Source of the DNA: an uncultured Acidobacteriaceae bacterium
GTDB lineage: Bacteria; Acidobacteriota; Terriglobia; Terriglobales; Acidobacteriaceae
Direction of reading: 5' to 3'
Assembly: GCA_964246235.1 (NCBI GenBank)
Contig: CAXTPR010000010.1
Coordinates: 1,946 to 65,945 of the forward strand
Length of the DNA: 64,000 nucleotides
Positions 36,041 to 44,412 of the stretch are shown here, piece by piece; the stretch's first letter is position 1; the number at the start of each line of letters is the position of its first letter. The translations under genes and the position numbers were made by a program. The notes under the pieces were generated by a model. That model saw only the letters and a list, made by a program, of their open reading frames with translations. It was not told where the DNA came from and ran no database searches.

Positions 36041-37189
36041 ATGCGACGACCTCTGCTTGCCCTCTCCCTCGCAGTCTCCGCACTCTTGTCCGCCGCTGCA
36101 CAAGCACCGGATCCGGCCCTCACCCTTCTCCAGCGCTTGGCAGACGCTCCCGGCCCTCCCGGATACGAGGACCCCGTCCGCGCCATCGTCGTCCAGGGGA
36201 TGAAGCCCCTGACCTCCGCGCCGCTCCGCTATGACGGCATGGGCTCGGTCGTCGCACAGCTGGGTTCGAGCGGGCCGAAGGTCATGGTGGACGCCCACAT
36301 GGACGAGCTCGGCGGCATGGTCCGCCGCATCGCCCCCAATGGCATGCTCACCATGCAGATGCTTGGCGGCTGGCTCGATCAGGCTCTGCCCGACCAGCGT
36401 TGGATCATCCTTGGCTCGAAAGGCCCGGTACACGCCGTCACCGGCATCCGCGACGTGCACGTCGCCACCCCCGCCGAGCGCACCGCCGTCATCCCGCGCG
36501 ACGCGGAGTTCCTGGACATCGGCGCGCGCACCCCAGCCGAAGCCCGCGCCATGGGCATCGAGCCCGGTGACCCTGTCACCCCCGACTCACCCTTTACCGT
36601 GCTCAACGGTTCCGATAACTACCTTGGCAAGGCCTGGGACGACCGCATCGGCATCGCGGTCATGCTCACCGCGATGACACGGCTGGCCAAGCTGCCCCAC
36701 CCCAACCAGGTCTTCTTCGTCGCCACCACGCAGGAGGAGATCGGTCTGCGCGGGGCACGGACGGCAGCCAACATGGTCCGTCCCGACCTCGGCCTCGCGC
36801 TCGAGGGTGGCATCGCCAACGACACCGGCGGCCATCAGGAGGAAACTCAGGCGCATCTCGGCGGCGGCCCGGGCATCTTTCTTTACGACTCCTCCGCCAT
36901 CCCCAACCGCAAGCTCGTCCGCTTCGTCGAAGACACCGCGAAGGCGAACAACATCCCCCTGCAGCTCGACCTTGTGCAGGGCTACGGCGACGACAGCGCC
37001 GAAATCCAGACCTCCGGCACCGGCGCGCCCACACTCAACATCGTCACACCCGTGCGCTATACCCACGCCCACAATGGCGTGGTCAACCGCGGCGACTTCG
37101 ATAAGACGGTGGACCTCATGGTCGATCTGCTGCAGCACCTCGATCAGAAGACCGTCGACAGCATCCGCGACTTCACACCTGCGCAGTGA
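36041..37189 (+). CDS. M42 family aminopeptidase with signal peptide
   Basis: DAHMDELG, KAWDDRIG, TQEEIGLRGA, RYTHAH. Confidence 0.93.
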   Translation: MRRPLLALSLAVSALLSAAAQAPDPALTLLQRLADAPGPPGYEDPVRAIVVQGMKPLTSAPLRYDGMGSVVAQLGSSGPKVMVDAHMDELGGMVRRIAPNGMLTMQMLGGWLDQALPDQRWIILGSKGPVHAVTGIRDVHVATPAERTAVIPRDAEFLDIGARTPAEARAMGIEPGDPVTPDSPFTVLNGSDNYLGKAWDDRIGIAVMLTAMTRLAKLPHPNQVFFVATTQEEIGLRGARTAANMVRPDLGLALEGGIANDTGGHQEETQAHLGGGPGIFLYDSSAIPNRKLVRFVEDTAKANNIPLQLDLVQGYGDDSAEIQTSGTGAPTLNIVTPVRYTHAHNGVVNRGDFDKTVDLMVDLLQHLDQKTVDSIRDFTPAQ

Positions 37190-37201
37190 TGCAAGACCGA
37201 T

Positions 37202-37581
37202 ATGTATCTGCGCTTCATTACGTCCGGGCTCGACGAAGACTCACGCATGCCAGGAGGCTTGATTACTGAGGCCTATGGGCTTCTAAACAGCGGCGACCTC
37301 AACCAGGCCGAGTGGAAGAAGCTACGTGAACTTCTCGATTGGTTCAACGAGCATCTACCTCACCCACCCGAGAAGTTCAGAGCCAGTCGGGCAATCTTCT
37401 GGTTCCGTTCCGACGCGCAGCTGTGCATTTCAAGAGTGTGGAAATGGCGAACCTTCTACGCGCGAACCATAGACATATCTCCGTGCTGAAATGCCGCAGA
37501 TTGGCGAACATCTCCTATCGAGACAAGCTTCAGGTCGCTGCCTTCCCGTCGCCATTGGACGACCGGACCATCGAGCACTGA
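37202..37581 (+). pseudogene. Hypothetical protein split by a single-base frameshift near 37440
   Basis: Frame 1 reads MYLRF...WFNEHL...AIFWFR...RVW. The continuation EMANLLRANHRHISVLK...QVAAFP is in the adjacent frame; adding one G (TGGAAA to TGGGAA) fuses them. Confidence 0.6.
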
Positions 37582-37650
37582 CCCATCCAAGCGTCCTCCA
37601 GCTCCCAACCCGCGTCCAATCCTGAACAGACGCAAGGAGCGAAGCCCCGT

Positions 37651-38694
37651 ATGGCCCACCAACTTCCCATCGCCATCTACTACGAGCAGCCCCACTGGTT
37701 CAAGCCGCTCTTCGCCGAGCTCGACCGCCGCGGCACCAACTACGTCAAGCTCTTCGCTCCCGAGCACTTCTACTCGCCTGCCGACCGCTCCGAAGACATG
37801 TACTCGCTGGTCTTCAACCGCATGTCACCCTCGGCCTGGAACCGCGACCACGGCGACCAGATCTTCTACACGCTCGGCTTCCTGGAACACCTGGAGAGCA
37901 GGGGAGTGAAGGTCCTCAACGGCATGAAGGCTTTCTCCTCTGAACTGAGCAAGGCCGGTCAGCTCGTGCTGCAGGAAAAGCTGGGCCTGCCTTACCCCAA
38001 GGCTCGCGTGATCCACCGGCCTGGGCAGGCCATCGCCGCCTCCGAAGGTCTGCGCTGGCCGATCGTGGTCAAACCCAACATCGGTGGGTCGGGAGCGGGG
38101 GTCAAGCGCTTCGACGGGCTTTCCCAGCTCCGCCACGCTGTAGACGCCGAGTCCGGCTCGCCCGACGCGCTTCAGTTCGGCCTCGACTCCACCGCATTGG
38201 TGCAGGAGTTTATCCCCGCGCAGGACGCCCACATCGTGCGCGTCGAAGTGCTCAATGGCAAGTTTCTCTACGCCATCAAGATCCACATCACCGGCGAGAC
38301 CTTCGACCTCTGCCCTGCCGACATCTGCCGCACGACCTCTGGGACGGACCTCAACCGCGCCGCCTGTGCCATTGACGCCCCCAAGTCCGGCATCACCGTG
38401 GAAGCCTTCACTCCGCCCGATGATGCCATCGCCGATGTCGAGCTGCTCATGAAGCACTCCGGCATCGACATCGGTGGTGTCGAGTACATGACCGATTCCC
38501 GCGATGGCCGGCGCTACTACTACGACACCAACGCCCTTAGCAACTTCGTCGCCGACGGCCCCAACGTGCTCGGCTTCGATCCCTTCGCCAAGCTGGCAGA
38601 CTGGCTGGAAGCCGAAGCCGGTCTCGAGCTAAGTGTCTTTACCGGCAATACGCCCGAAGCGAACGAAGCGCTCGCCGCGGAGCTGACCACGTAG
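37651..38694 (+). CDS. ATP-grasp domain protein (RimK/glutathione synthetase-like)
   Basis: FNRMSPS, SKAGQL, PIVVKPNIGGSGAGV, VQEFIP, GGVEY, YYDTNALSNF. Confidence 0.88.
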   Translation: MAHQLPIAIYYEQPHWFKPLFAELDRRGTNYVKLFAPEHFYSPADRSEDMYSLVFNRMSPSAWNRDHGDQIFYTLGFLEHLESRGVKVLNGMKAFSSELSKAGQLVLQEKLGLPYPKARVIHRPGQAIAASEGLRWPIVVKPNIGGSGAGVKRFDGLSQLRHAVDAESGSPDALQFGLDSTALVQEFIPAQDAHIVRVEVLNGKFLYAIKIHITGETFDLCPADICRTTSGTDLNRAACAIDAPKSGITVEAFTPPDDAIADVELLMKHSGIDIGGVEYMTDSRDGRRYYYDTNALSNFVADGPNVLGFDPFAKLADWLEAEAGLELSVFTGNTPEANEALAAELTT

Positions 38695-38801
38695 CGAACC
38701 ATGCAGCTGTCCACGCAGCTGATCAGACGGCGTGGAGAAGCGCTCTTGGCACCGGCCGGAGTAGGTGCTAGCGTTCTTCTAGCGGTAGGGGAGGAGGCGT
38801 T

Positions 38802-39359
38802 ATGTCAGCCCATCTTGTTCTCGCAGCCATGGTTCTCGGATCGATTTCGTTCACGTCGCACGCTCAGGCCACGTCCACCCTCGTTCTTTCGGGGGTGGGA
38901 TGTCCCGTTGCCTTCTCCGCGAGTCGCGAGGGCGCGCTCCTCGCCCGTGCCCGAACGCCGTTCCCCGGCAGCAACTCCGGCGCTGATCCTGCGGCGCTCG
39001 TCAACGTGCACTTCGCAAGGGCTTCTGTCGCACAGATCGTTGAGGTACAGGGCAGCGTTTATGGCGCTACAGCTGCACCGCATTTCCAGCAGACGTCGGA
39101 CTACGTCGTAGACACGGCAGGGCCGCAAGCGCGCCACCAGTTCTTCCAACTCACCGGCTTCGGACCCAATGCTCCCGCCCTTGATTGGAAGCTCAGCGTC
39201 AGAGTGGTGCCCGTGATCCAGGGAGTCCGCTTCACGCAGATCCGCCTGTCGGATGGCACCGTGTGGCACGAGTCGGAGCACTCCCACTGCGTGGCCCGGG
39301 TCGGCGGCTTGCTGCCTGTAAGCGTCACGTCGTCCTCCGCAGCCAGCTCGCCGCGGTAG
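38802..39359 (+). CDS. Hypothetical secreted protein
   Basis: GGAGG SD; signal peptide ending SHAQA; GCPVAFSA and a C-terminal HCV cysteine. Confidence 0.65.
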   Translation: MSAHLVLAAMVLGSISFTSHAQATSTLVLSGVGCPVAFSASREGALLARARTPFPGSNSGADPAALVNVHFARASVAQIVEVQGSVYGATAAPHFQQTSDYVVDTAGPQARHQFFQLTGFGPNAPALDWKLSVRVVPVIQGVRFTQIRLSDGTVWHESEHSHCVARVGGLLPVSVTSSSAASSPR

Positions 39360-39421
39360 GTGTCGGCCTGAGCCGAACCGAGCCGCCCGGTCGTAAAACA
39401 ATGACGTCGCGCAACGCGCAA

Positions 39422-39464
39422 AACAAAGGGCTTGCACCCGGATTTCGGTGCAAGCCCCTTTGTT
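39422..39464. terminator. Bidirectional Rho-independent terminator
   Basis: Perfect 11-bp stem GGGCTTGCACC/GGTGCAAGCCC flanked by AACAAA and TTTGTT, between convergent genes. Confidence 0.85.
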
Positions 39465-39474
39465 CTTGTGCTAC

Positions 39475-40512
39475 TTACCTTGCTGACTTTTTCGCCGCCT
39501 TGTGTAGCGGCGTCGAGGCAGACTTGCGGTCTTCCTGCGCCGTGGCTCCGGGGCTATCCGGCGTGCTGCCCTGAAAGCGCGAGTGGTGGCCGTCGTTCGG
39601 CTGAAGCGGTGAGATACCACCCTTCTTCATCAACTCCGCAGCGATCTGGTAGATCTCCTCAGGAGCATAGTCAGGCGAGAACAGTGTGGGGCAGTCGCCG
39701 ATCACTGGACCTTCCGCCGCATACTCCGGTGCGCCCTGGATGACTTCCAGCGGCTCGCCGTCGGCCCAATCGGCCGGTCCGGACCAAACGCCAGCCACAT
39801 CCCCATAGTCGGTATCGGAGAACGTGTACAGCTTGCGGTGGCTGCCGATGGCCTGCCACTTGCGGGCCTCGGGAATTTTCGCGTCGTCGATGTTGGGAGT
39901 GGGCAGCATCTTGGTGACTTCCACGCCGGTGATCTTGCGCAAGGCCAGGGCATAGGCGGCCTGGTGAACGCCGCCGCGCACCATCAGGTAGCCGATCACG
40001 TTGCGGGCTGCCGCGTTGGTCGTCATCTGGTAGCAGCGATGCTTGTGCAGGCGCGCGCCTGTTTCCAGGAAGAAGTTATGCAGCAGATCGGTAACCAGGT
40101 TGCCGGATGAAAAGACATCCTTACCCGTCCAGAAGTGGCCCATAGAGTCCATGACCTGATGTCCGCCGCCGCCAACAATGGTGTGGTGGGTGTTGCGAAG
40201 GTTGGCAGCTGCCTGCAACGGCGCATCCACCGGCTCGCCTTCCGGTACGGAGCCTTCGAGCATCAGGTTGATCGCAGTGGAGATCAGCTCCACGTGGCCC
40301 AGCTCTTCGGCCGTAATCGATGCGATCAGGTCGTAGAACGGCTTCAGCTTCTTCTTCTCTTTGAAGCCGAACGACTGGTGCAGGTAGTTGTTCAGCGTAG
40401 ACATCTCGCCGAACTTGCCGCCCAGCAGCTCCTGGATAGCGGCGGCTCCATTCGGGTCAGGGCTGGCGGGCTTTTCTAACGGAATCAGCAATTTTTCAGA
40501 ACGAAAGAACAT
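39475..40512 (-). CDS. Manganese catalase family protein
   Basis: GGKFGEMST, AEELGHVE, NFFLETGAR, RGGVHQ: di-Mn ligand motifs. Confidence 0.93.
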   Translation of the reverse strand: MFFRSEKLLIPLEKPASPDPNGAAAIQELLGGKFGEMSTLNNYLHQSFGFKEKKKLKPFYDLIASITAEELGHVELISTAINLMLEGSVPEGEPVDAPLQAAANLRNTHHTIVGGGGHQVMDSMGHFWTGKDVFSSGNLVTDLLHNFFLETGARLHKHRCYQMTTNAAARNVIGYLMVRGGVHQAAYALALRKITGVEVTKMLPTPNIDDAKIPEARKWQAIGSHRKLYTFSDTDYGDVAGVWSGPADWADGEPLEVIQGAPEYAAEGPVIGDCPTLFSPDYAPEEIYQIAAELMKKGGISPLQPNDGHHSRFQGSTPDSPGATAQEDRKSASTPLHKAAKKSAR

Positions 40513-40927
40513 GAGTACCCCAAAATCCATCGGGTGAGCGTGCTTTGAGAGAGGTGCCCGAGACCACGCAGGCCTCCAAGGGCAAGACAGTTGTATGAGG
40601 TGCGATGCGAAGCGGAGAGCAGATGGACGTACAGGTGCCCGACTCCGTTTTCATGCTGCGCACGTAGCTTCTGCCCTCAAAGACCATTCGTTCCTCGCTG
40701 ACAAGCGCCGAAGGCCGCGCTTGCTCCGCATGCAGGTGCGTCGTAGAGTTCCTGTGCGGGCTCCGCTGAGGGCAATCGCAGCCAACTACGATGGCGACGC
40801 TCTCACCTTCCGATCCGGAAGCGCACAGCTTCTTCGGACACTTCAGGAAGGTGCGCGGTGTATACCCGGAACTCGATCGCAACCCAAATCCTCCCGTACT
40901 GACCTTCCGAAAGTGTCTGCTTCATTG

Positions 40928-40990
40928 TCCTGCACCCTAAGCCCTGCACCCTAAGCCCTGCGCCCTAAGCCCTGCACCCTATACCCTATC
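40928..40990. repeat. Heptamer tandem array (9 units, CCCTgca/CCCTaag)
   Basis: TCCTGCA CCCTAAG CCCTGCA CCCTAAG CCCTGCG CCCTAAG CCCTGCA CCCTATA CCCTATC. Confidence 0.9.
40982..40987 (+). promoter_or_regulatory. Putative -10 (TACCCT) 6 nt before ATG, embedded in the heptamer array
   Basis: TACCCT-ATCCCC-ATG(40994), with no SD. Confidence 0.5.
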
Positions 40991-40993
40991 CCC

Positions 40994-42322
40994 ATGCGCT
41001 ACGGTTTCTGGCTCCCCGTCTTTGGCGGCTGGCTTCGCAACATCGACGACGAAGGCATGCCCGCCACCTGGGAGTACACTCGCACGCTTGCTGAGCAGGC
41101 CGAGGCCCTCGGTTACGACCTTACCCTTATCGCCGAGCTCAATCTCAACGACATCAAGGGTCCGCAGGCCGACTCGCTCGACGCCTGGAGCACTGCCGCC
41201 GCGCTCGCAGCGGTGACGAAGAAGATCGAGTTGATGGTCGCCGTGCGGCCCACGTTCCACAACCCCGCCGTGCTCGCCAAGCAAGCCGCCAATATCGACC
41301 GCATCAGCGGCGGTCGCCTCACCCTCAATGTGGTCAGCTCCTGGTGGCGCGACGAGGCCCTCAAGTATGGCATCCCCTTCGACGAGCACGACGACCGCTA
41401 CGCCCGCACTTCCGAGTGGCTCGACGTGCTCGATGGCTGCTGGAAGCAGCAGGGCATGTCCCACCAGGGCCGCTTCTATGACGTGCGGGAAAACATCCTT
41501 GCCCCCAAGCCGTTCCCTCACCGCACCTACTCCGGCGCGCCACCCGCCGACGATCCCGAGTCCGAAAAACCAGGCTATTTTCCCGACTCCGAGCCGTTCT
41601 CGGGAGGCTGGAATGCGCCCGACCCCGGCGTGCCGCACCCCGCCCCGCCGGCCGATGCCGAATCCGAGAAGCCGAGCTACTTCCCCGACTCGGAGCCCTT
41701 CAGCGGGGCCTGGAACACTCCGGATCCGGGCGCTTCCTCCACGCGCGCTTCAAGCCTTCAGTTAGCCGCGTCTCCTCGGAATCGTCGGAACTCCGGCAGC
41801 CGCTACCCCGCCGGCCGTCCCACGCTCTATGCCGGCGGCGAATCCGAAACCGCCAAGAACCTCATCGCCGCCAAGTGTGACGCTTACCTCATGCATGGCG
41901 ACGACCCCCGCACCATCGCCGCCAAGGTCGAAGACATGAAGCAGCGCCGTGCCCGGCATCCCGAGCTCCCGTCGATGCTCTTCGGCGTCACCGGTTACTG
42001 CATCGTGCGCGACTCACAAGGCGAAGCCGAACGTGAGGTTGAGCGCATCACCGCCGCGCCCGACCCGGGCACATCACCCGCCGGCTTCGCCAACTTCGAG
42101 CAGTGGACCACCGGTTCGCAGCTGGAAAAGAAGCTCAGCCTGCGCGACTACTCGGTCTCGAACCGCGGTCTGCAATCCGGCCTGATCGGCACGCCGGAGA
42201 CCGTAAGGCAACGCCTCGCCGACTTCGAAGCCGCCGGCTGCTCGCTTGTTTTGCTGCAGAGCTCGCCTCAGCATGAGGAGATGGCCCGCTTTGCCAAGCA
42301 GGTGATGACTCCAAGCAGGTGA
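40994..42322 (+). CDS. LLM-class flavin-dependent monooxygenase (SsuD/SfnG-like) with about 100-aa internal insertion
   Basis: YGFWLPVFGG, DAWSTAAALAAVT, AVRP, NIDRISGGRLTLNVV, RPTLYAGGES, GLIGTPE. Confidence 0.92.
   Translation: MRYGFWLPVFGGWLRNIDDEGMPATWEYTRTLAEQAEALGYDLTLIAELNLNDIKGPQADSLDAWSTAAALAAVTKKIELMVAVRPTFHNPAVLAKQAANIDRISGGRLTLNVVSSWWRDEALKYGIPFDEHDDRYARTSEWLDVLDGCWKQQGMSHQGRFYDVRENILAPKPFPHRTYSGAPPADDPESEKPGYFPDSEPFSGGWNAPDPGVPHPAPPADAESEKPSYFPDSEPFSGAWNTPDPGASSTRASSLQLAASPRNRRNSGSRYPAGRPTLYAGGESETAKNLIAAKCDAYLMHGDDPRTIAAKVEDMKQRRARHPELPSMLFGVTGYCIVRDSQGEAEREVERITAAPDPGTSPAGFANFEQWTTGSQLEKKLSLRDYSVSNRGLQSGLIGTPETVRQRLADFEAAGCSLVLLQSSPQHEEMARFAKQVMTPSR
41540..41731 (+). repeat. 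Intragenic duplicated 29-30 aa peptide
   Basis: PPADDPESEKPGYFPDSEPFSGGWNAPDPG (41540-41629) and PPADAESEKPSYFPDSEPFSGAWNTPDPG (41645-41731). Confidence 0.92.
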
Positions 42323-42345
42323 TCAGTCAGCGATGCATGCACTCG

Positions 42346-43716
42346 TTATCGCCGGCCAGTTACCAGTTCCTTACCGAGGACATCCTTGTCCAACCTACGC
42401 TGCTCGCCGGTCGCGAACGTCTTTACCGTGTACTGACCGCTTCGCACCTCGTGCTCGCCCAGCAGCACGATGTGCCGCGCGACCTTGTCTGCCGTCTCGA
42501 AGCTCCTGCCGAGCTTGAATCGGCCGTCCCCCACCTCCACGTTCAGGCCGTGCCGCCGAAGCACGCGAGCCAGCGCCAGCGCGGCGGGGTTCTGCTCCGC
42601 TCCCACCGGAGCGATGTAGGCATCGAGCTTAGGGATCATACGGGGAGTTCCCTGCGCCATGGCATCCTGCTCGGCCTGCGCCTGCAGCGTGAGGATCAGC
42701 CGGTCCTCGCCGATGGCGAAGCCGATCCCGGGCGCGCGCGGTCCCCCGAGCATCTCGCTCAGGCCGTCGTAGCGGCCGCCGCCGAGCAGGGCATTCTGCG
42801 TTCCCAGCCCTGTGGTCACGGTGAACTCGAACGTGGTGCGCGTGTAGTAGTCCAGCCCGCGCACCAGCCGCGGGTTCACGTGGTACGGCACTCCACATGC
42901 GTCGAGCGCTGCAAGCACCTGCGCGAAGTGCGCCTGCGAGTCCTCGGCCAGGAAATCAGCGACCTTCGGCAGGGCGTCAATGATCTCCTGGTCGCCCTCG
43001 TCCTTCGAATCCAGCACGCGCAGCGGATTGGTCTCGGCGCGCCGCTGGTTATCGGGGCACAGGCGGGCCTTGACCGGCGCGAGCGCTTCGCGCAACGCCG
43101 CGTTGTAGCGCACGCGGTCCTCGGCCGAACCCACCGAGTTCAACTCCAGCCGCCAGCCGCGCACGCCCAGCTCGTCCAGCAGAGAGGTGAGCATTTCCAG
43201 CACTTCAGCATCGCGCAGCGGCGACTCCGCCCCCGAGCTCGCCGGCCCAATGACTTCCGCGCCGATCTGCCAGAACTGCCGGTAGCGTCCGCGCTGCGGC
43301 CGCTCGCGACGGAACTGCGGCCCGATGTAGTAAAGCTTCTGCAGGCCGCCGGTTTCGCCCAGCTGGTGCTCGATGTAGGCCCGCACCACGCCGGCGGTGG
43401 ACTCGGGCCGCAGGGTGAGAGACTGAGCCTTTTCACTAGCGGCACGCGCCCGGTCCTCCCACGTGAACATCTCCTTGCTTACGATGTCGGTCTCCTGGCC
43501 CACGCCGCGCGCAAACAGCTCGGTCGCTTCGAAAACCGGCGTGCGAATCTCGCCAAAGCCATAGCGCGCAAACAGCGCGCGAGCTATGGTGTCTACGTGA
43601 TTCCACAGGGGCGTCTGGTCGGGCAGTAGGTCGCGTGTCCCGCGAATGGCCTTGATGACCTTGCCAGCGGCATTCGGTTCAGCTTTGCGCTCCCGCTGCT
43701 TTTCGACGTTGCTCAT
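42346..43716 (-). CDS. hisS: Histidine--tRNA ligase
   Basis: IRGTRDLLP, RTPVFEATELF, LRPESTA, FRRERPQRGRYRQF, LVRGLDYY, GGRYDGL. Confidence 0.99.
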   Translation of the reverse strand: MSNVEKQRERKAEPNAAGKVIKAIRGTRDLLPDQTPLWNHVDTIARALFARYGFGEIRTPVFEATELFARGVGQETDIVSKEMFTWEDRARAASEKAQSLTLRPESTAGVVRAYIEHQLGETGGLQKLYYIGPQFRRERPQRGRYRQFWQIGAEVIGPASSGAESPLRDAEVLEMLTSLLDELGVRGWRLELNSVGSAEDRVRYNAALREALAPVKARLCPDNQRRAETNPLRVLDSKDEGDQEIIDALPKVADFLAEDSQAHFAQVLAALDACGVPYHVNPRLVRGLDYYTRTTFEFTVTTGLGTQNALLGGGRYDGLSEMLGGPRAPGIGFAIGEDRLILTLQAQAEQDAMAQGTPRMIPKLDAYIAPVGAEQNPAALALARVLRRHGLNVEVGDGRFKLGRSFETADKVARHIVLLGEHEVRSGQYTVKTFATGEQRRLDKDVLGKELVTGRR

Positions 43717-43723
43717 GCGGTCA

Positions 43724-43729
43724 AGTCTA
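43724..43729 (-). promoter_or_regulatory. Putative -10 (TAGACT) 7 nt before the hisS ATG, leaderless-type
   Basis: Minus strand reads TAGACT-TGACCGC-ATG. Confidence 0.6.
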
Positions 43730-43874
43730 GTGGAGCATGAAGAAGAGGAGAGCTATGCTCTCCCTCCGGCGCGCACAGTGCTGCTCCCCTGCCCGTGGAC
43801 GGGTGCGCCTGCGGCGGTTCCGCCGGCATCCACGCTGCGGAACTGCCGACACTTATGCCTGAGGTTTTCAGGCT

Positions 43875-44345
43875 TCAATCCGCGATTCCCGGGTCGGGCG
43901 TATCCCGGCCGAGCGCCGTCGCCAGGGCATTCAGGTGGTCCTGCTCGTCGCGCAGGATCTCGCGTAAGTCTTCGCTCAGCGCAAACTCATTCAGCGCGTC
44001 GGCCTGCTTGACGCGGCGGCGATAATTCGCGATCGTCACCCGCTCATTCTCAAGATCGAATTCCAGCATGTCGGTTGCCTTCTCGCTGGTCTTCACTTCC
44101 TTCGGCGTCACTGCCGGCATGCCGCCCAGCAGATCGACCCAGTAGCTGATGGTGAGCGCGTGCTTGAGCTCTTCCTTGGCGTGCACCTTGAGCTCGTCGG
44201 CGATGTTCATGTACTCCGCGCCCTTGAGCACCTGCGAGTAGTTCACGTACGCGATGATGGCCTGGTACTCGCGCTCGAGGTCCTGGTTGAGAAGGTCAAT
44301 GAGTTGTTCCTTGGTGGTGGTCGGGGCGATTTCTGAGCTTGCCAT
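43875..44345 (-). CDS. Ferritin-like (bacterioferritin-like) di-iron protein
   Basis: LNQDLEREYQAI, EELKHA, LENE, DEQDH four-helix ligand pattern. Confidence 0.87.
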   Translation of the reverse strand: MASSEIAPTTTKEQLIDLLNQDLEREYQAIIAYVNYSQVLKGAEYMNIADELKVHAKEELKHALTISYWVDLLGGMPAVTPKEVKTSEKATDMLEFDLENERVTIANYRRRVKQADALNEFALSEDLREILRDEQDHLNALATALGRDTPDPGIAD

Positions 44346-44412
44346 GATTGCTACTTGTCCTTTCAGCGTCTGCTGGTTGTTCTCTTTAGGATGCAGACCG
44401 GGTCTCCCGGCT

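Noticed and set aside
43875-44345. Ferritin-like protein as encapsulin cargo
   Set aside because: The C-terminus (LGRDTPDPGIAD) lacks a recognisable LxIGSL-type targeting peptide, and no encapsulin gene is in the window.
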